Origin: an uncultured virus (IMG/VR IMGVR_UViG_3300020045_012925)
Lineage: Duplodnaviria; Heunggongvirae; Uroviricota; Caudoviricetes
IMG/VR virus record: IMGVR_UViG_3300020045_012925
Length of the DNA: 20,000 bases
Strand: one strand, 5' to 3'
Shown here piece by piece: positions 16,341 through 20,000 of the stretch. Both the position numbers and the translations under genes were made by a program. The notes under the pieces are model-generated. The model was not told the origin of the DNA. It did not search any database and saw only the letters and a program-made list of their open reading frames with translations. Within the stretch, counting starts at the first letter, position 1. The number at the start of each line of letters is the position of its first letter.

Positions 16341-17261
16341 ATGGGTGTTATTACTACTAATAATTTTGCCAAGGATCTTATTCCTGGGGTAAAAACCTGG
16401 TTCGGCCAAAAATATAAAGAGTATCCAATTGAGTATTTAGATATCTTTGAGAAGATGAACTCAACTCGGGCATTTGAAGAAGAAGTTGGTGTAACCGGAT
16501 TTGGTCTGGCAGCTATAAAAAATGAAGGTACAAACATTGCTTATGATGAACAAGAGCAGGGCTTTGTATCAAGATATACACATGTCACATACGGATTAGG
16601 TTTTATTATTACCCGTGAAATGTATGAAGATGGTATTGCGGTTACTGTCGCCTTGAGACGTGCAAATAGTTTGGCCTTTTCAATCCGGCAGACCAAAGAA
16701 ATCGTTGGTGCTAATATATTGAATAGAGCTTTTACTGCAGCTTATACTATGGGATCTAATTCAGATGGCAAGGAATTGTGTGCTACTGATCATCCTAATA
16801 AAGCAGGCGGTACTTGGAGAAATGAATTATCTACTGCAGCTGATTTGAGTGAATCTGCTCTTGAACAGGCTTGTATTGATATTGCTGGCTTCACTACAGA
16901 TAAAGGTTTAACTATTGCCATTCGTCCAAAAGCTTTGATTATTCCACAGGCTCTGGAATTTGATGCTTATAGAATTTTGGAATCCATTGGGCAGTCTGGA
17001 ACTGCAAATAATGATATAAACGCTTTGCGTTCCAGTGGTAAGTTTCCTCAAGGTATTATGGTTAATCATTATCTTACGGATACTGATGCATGGTTTATTA
17101 AAACTGATTGCCCGGACGGTCTTAAATATATGGAACGTCGTGCAGATTCTTTCGGCACAGAGAATGACTTTGATACTGAGAATGCAAAATTCAAAGCTAC
17201 ATTTAGAGGCAGCTTTGGTTGGTCTGACCCAAGAGGAATTTTTGGTTCTCCTGGAGCTTAA
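16341..17261 (+). CDS. Major capsid protein
   Basis: 306 aa; STRAFEE, YGLGFIITRE, DGKELCATDHP, NHYLTDTDAWF, terminal FGWSDPRGIFGSPGA; AAGGAG SD. Confidence 0.9.
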   Translation: MGVITTNNFAKDLIPGVKTWFGQKYKEYPIEYLDIFEKMNSTRAFEEEVGVTGFGLAAIKNEGTNIAYDEQEQGFVSRYTHVTYGLGFIITREMYEDGIAVTVALRRANSLAFSIRQTKEIVGANILNRAFTAAYTMGSNSDGKELCATDHPNKAGGTWRNELSTAADLSESALEQACIDIAGFTTDKGLTIAIRPKALIIPQALEFDAYRILESIGQSGTANNDINALRSSGKFPQGIMVNHYLTDTDAWFIKTDCPDGLKYMERRADSFGTENDFDTENAKFKATFRGSFGWSDPRGIFGSPGA

Positions 17262-17270
17262 TTAATTGTT

Positions 17271-17285
17271 GTTCATTTTATGAAC
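17271..17285. promoter_or_regulatory. Palindromic box GTTCA-N5-TGAAC (copy 3)
   Basis: GTTCATTTTATGAAC, 9 nt after the major capsid stop codon. Confidence 0.6.
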
Positions 17286-17294
17286 CTAACTTAA

Positions 17295-17318
17295 TGAGCC
17301 GACCACTTGGAAGGCTCA
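17295..17318 (+). terminator. Hairpin after the major capsid gene (weak terminator or mRNA stabiliser)
   Basis: TGAGCC...GGCTCA stem; no immediate U-tract. Confidence 0.4.
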
Positions 17319-17343
17319 CATAAGTTTTATATAGGAGAAATTT

Positions 17344-18282
17344 ATGTCTGTTACAAATTTTCCAAATGGAATTGCATTTGATAAGTCAAAGTATATTTCA
17401 TTTTCTTCTGGTAATACTGTACCAACAACTGGCACGACTGGATACAATCCTGGATGCATATTTATTAAGAGTAATGTATCTTTAGGTCAAGCAACACATT
17501 GGACGAACATGGGAACAGAAACATCATGCTTATTCGTTCCAACAGGTACAGTTTATGGTTATGGAATTAAATTGGCTGATGGTCCAATTACAAGTGCTGG
17601 TGGCGATACAACTGAAACGATTTCTCGTCCAAGTTTAATCGTATCCAATGATATTGCATTTGTTAATCATGAAGTAACTGATGATTCAGATCAAATTGTT
17701 GCAGCAATGGCAACGGATAATACGATAACAATTACAGGTTCAGCTGATCCTTCTACAGCACATGGATATGTTTTTGCTACATTAAGAAACAGATGTATTC
17801 CTGAATGGGATATCGTAGCTGCTGGAACGCATACAACTGCTGGTGGAGCCGCTGCAGAAGCAATCACCATATCTGGCGTACTTGCTACTGATATTGCATT
17901 TGTAAATTACGGTGCAACCAATGATACCGATGTAATTACAAAAGCTGTTTGTAGTGCAAATACTTTAACAGTAACTTGTTCAGCTGATCCAAGTACAGCT
18001 CATAGCATACATTATGTGGTGATTCGTCCAAGAGGGACATTTAAACCAAGTCATTATATCGCATATGCTGGCAAGCACACTACAGTTGGAGGTGCAGCTG
18101 CAGAAGCAGTAACAATCTCCGGAGCATTGTCTACAGATATTCCAATCGTCATATACAATACAACCAACGATACCGATAGTATTCTTAAAGTTGTAATGAC
18201 AACAGATACAATGACTGTAACCTGTTCCGCTGATCCATCAACTGTACATGCTTTCAGTTATATGTTGCTTAGAGCATATTAG
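17344..18282 (+). CDS. Virion decoration/head-fibre-like protein with three internal repeats
   Basis: N-terminal TNFPNGI; three units of about 80 aa, each with AGG/VGG...DIAFV/DIPIV...SADPST.H. Confidence 0.75.
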   Translation: MSVTNFPNGIAFDKSKYISFSSGNTVPTTGTTGYNPGCIFIKSNVSLGQATHWTNMGTETSCLFVPTGTVYGYGIKLADGPITSAGGDTTETISRPSLIVSNDIAFVNHEVTDDSDQIVAAMATDNTITITGSADPSTAHGYVFATLRNRCIPEWDIVAAGTHTTAGGAAAEAITISGVLATDIAFVNYGATNDTDVITKAVCSANTLTVTCSADPSTAHSIHYVVIRPRGTFKPSHYIAYAGKHTTVGGAAAEAVTISGALSTDIPIVIYNTTNDTDSILKVVMTTDTMTVTCSADPSTVHAFSYMLLRAY

Positions 18283-18287
18283 ATGTT

Positions 18288-18374
18288 ATGCCTATTACGA
18301 ATTTTCCTAATGGTATAACAGTTGGAAATGTTACTCTGGATTCATCTGGGGTAACATTATCCGATACTGTTTGA
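18288..18374 (+). CDS. 28-aa mini-ORF sharing the TNFPNGI N-terminus
   Basis: Manual translation MPITNFPNGITVGNVTLDSSGVTLSDTV. Confidence 0.6.
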   Translation: MPITNFPNGITVGNVTLDSSGVTLSDTV

Positions 18375-18419
18375 AATAAATAATGTTGGTTCAGAAAATG
18401 AATATAGTTAAGGAATATT

Positions 18420-18728
18420 ATGACTTACAAACCCGGAGATTATTTAGTCATTTGTGATCGTTGTGGATTTCAACGTTACGCAACGGAATGTAAAATGACT
18501 TGGGATGGATATTTTGTTTGTGAGGATACTTGCTGGGAACCTAAGCACGAGCATTTTAATCCACCAAAACCTCTGGGTGAAAAGCAATCAGTGCCTGTTC
18601 TCAGAACTGAGGATTTATTAAATTTTGCCTCATCAATAAGTAATGAAACCTTAGAATCTACAGTAACTCAAAGTGTTAAAAGTGATGGATATTTTATTAC
18701 AACTCCAATTACTGGAGATGACTTATGA
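18420..18728 (+). CDS. Cys-rich (Zn-binding) phage protein
   Basis: ICDRCGF...WDGYFVCEDTCWEPKH; AAGGA SD. Confidence 0.8.
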   Translation: MTYKPGDYLVICDRCGFQRYATECKMTWDGYFVCEDTCWEPKHEHFNPPKPLGEKQSVPVLRTEDLLNFASSISNETLESTVTQSVKSDGYFITTPITGDDL

Positions 18729-19372
18729 CTTATGAAGAATTAATTTCAGCTGTCTCAAAGATTATTCAAGATGCTTCATTTACAAATTCTGATATTGGTA
18801 TATATATTAATCAGGCACAGCTTGAAATTGCAGGTGGAATGCAGTCTGCTTTAGGTGATTGGATAACTCCTCCATTACCAAAATTGCTAACCATTGATAC
18901 TGTTACTACTGATGTTGATTTAGCATATGTTGATCTTCCTATTGATTTTCATAGAGGATTACAATTCGCTGCTTCAGTAAATGGTTATGAAATAGATATT
19001 TCTGATTCATTCATATCTTTTAGTGAAGTATATCCGTTACTTAACAAATCAGGCAGTATTTCAGAAGTTTGTGAATTTGGTGGAGTTCTTTATTACCAAG
19101 GTATTCCTTTAGTGGCTGAAGATATTACAATTCACTATTATAAAGAACCTACTGAAATGGTTAGTGATGATGATGAACCATCTGGAATTCCTACTCATTT
19201 GCAAAAATCTTTATTAGTAAATCATGCTGCTTGGAAAATATATGAATTAATTGAAGATGGTCTTGAAGGTCCAGGAGTAAATACTCAACGTTATATGCAA
19301 TTATTCATGAATGCCTTGAAAATATTAGAGTTATCAATTCCATATGATACCAGAGGAATGGATTTAATATGA
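18725..19372 (+). CDS. Putative head-tail adaptor (podovirus type)
   Basis: MTYEEL...YINQAQ...YVDLPIDF...IPTHLQ pattern; gene position. Confidence 0.7.
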   Translation: MTYEELISAVSKIIQDASFTNSDIGIYINQAQLEIAGGMQSALGDWITPPLPKLLTIDTVTTDVDLAYVDLPIDFHRGLQFAASVNGYEIDISDSFISFSEVYPLLNKSGSISEVCEFGGVLYYQGIPLVAEDITIHYYKEPTEMVSDDDEPSGIPTHLQKSLLVNHAAWKIYELIEDGLEGPGVNTQRYMQLFMNALKILELSIPYDTRGMDLI

Positions 19373-20000
19373 GTGATCCTATAGTAATATTCCGAGGTAC
19401 ATCCGGGCTTAATACAGTAGCTGATCCTGCAAGAATTCCAATAGCTAATAATGCTATATCAGACGTGGCAGAGTTAGTCAATATGCGAATTGATCAATAT
19501 AATAGGCCATCAAAACGTGTTGGACAAACAGTTAAATCTGAAGGTAAATTTCATTCTTTATATTGCGATAATGGAGATTGTTTTGTAGCTAAAGATAATG
19601 CAACATCCACGAGTATTTATAAAGTTAATAATGATGGAAGTTTACTTGAGATTGTATCAAATTTAGCTTTAAACAATCATGTAGCTTTTAAACAATTTAG
19701 TAATACAAAAACTTATTACACTAACAAAATTCAAAATGGCATCATAATTGATGGAGTATCAAATTCTTGGGTTGTTGGTGATTATTATGGTCCCCCAACT
19801 GATAGATCTTTTTCAATTCCAACTGGAATGAATCATTTGGAAATCCATTCAGGCAGAATGTTTGCATCTGTTGGAAATGTTCTATGGTGGTCAGAGCTTT
19901 TTAGATTTGATCTATTCGACATATCTCGATCTTTAATACAATTCCATACAAACATAACTATGATTAAATCTGTTTCTGGAGGTTTATACATATCCACAGA
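19369..20000 (+). CDS. Putative tail nozzle/stabilisation beta-propeller protein (partial)
   Basis: Not in the ORF track. Open from ATG 19369 to the edge: MSDPIVIFRGTSGLNTVADP...HSGRMFASVGNVLWWSELF. Confidence 0.7.
   Translation, partial: MSDPIVIFRGTSGLNTVADPARIPIANNAISDVAELVNMRIDQYNRPSKRVGQTVKSEGKFHSLYCDNGDCFVAKDNATSTSIYKVNNDGSLLEIVSNLALNNHVAFKQFSNTKTYYTNKIQNGIIIDGVSNSWVVGDYYGPPTDRSFSIPTGMNHLEIHSGRMFASVGNVLWWSELFRFDLFDISRSLIQFHTNITMIKSVSGGLYIST

Noticed and set aside
9813..17265. ORFs 9813-10070, 10782-10991, 11031-11426, 13774-13959, 16325-16537, 17035-17265
   Set aside because: Antisense or out-of-frame overlaps with clearly identified structural genes.

Overview
AT-rich segment of a tailed dsDNA phage, probably a podovirus, with two divergent arms. 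Left arm (1-5995, minus strand): about 20 small, mostly unknown early/accessory genes. These include a radical SAM gene cut by the window edge, two ribbon-helix-helix-like proteins, Zn-finger and small membrane proteins, and a possible Csx20-like protein; sigma70-type promoters drive the arm. Centre (about 6000-8950): a mostly non-coding control region with an origin/terminus-like inverted repeat, repeated TATGACGTA boxes, strand-biased short repeats, GCGAAGC mini-hairpins, and one isolated gene with two promoters and its own terminator. Right arm (8951-20000, plus strand): TerS, TerL, portal, a frameshift-split DUF2829/Tad2-like gene, GroES, scaffold, capsid proteins, a three-repeat decoration protein followed by a 28-aa mini-paralog, an adaptor and a tail nozzle. 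A palindrome, GTTCA-N5-TGAAC, recurs in intergenic spaces on both arms. All family calls come from recognising motifs by eye; no database search was run.
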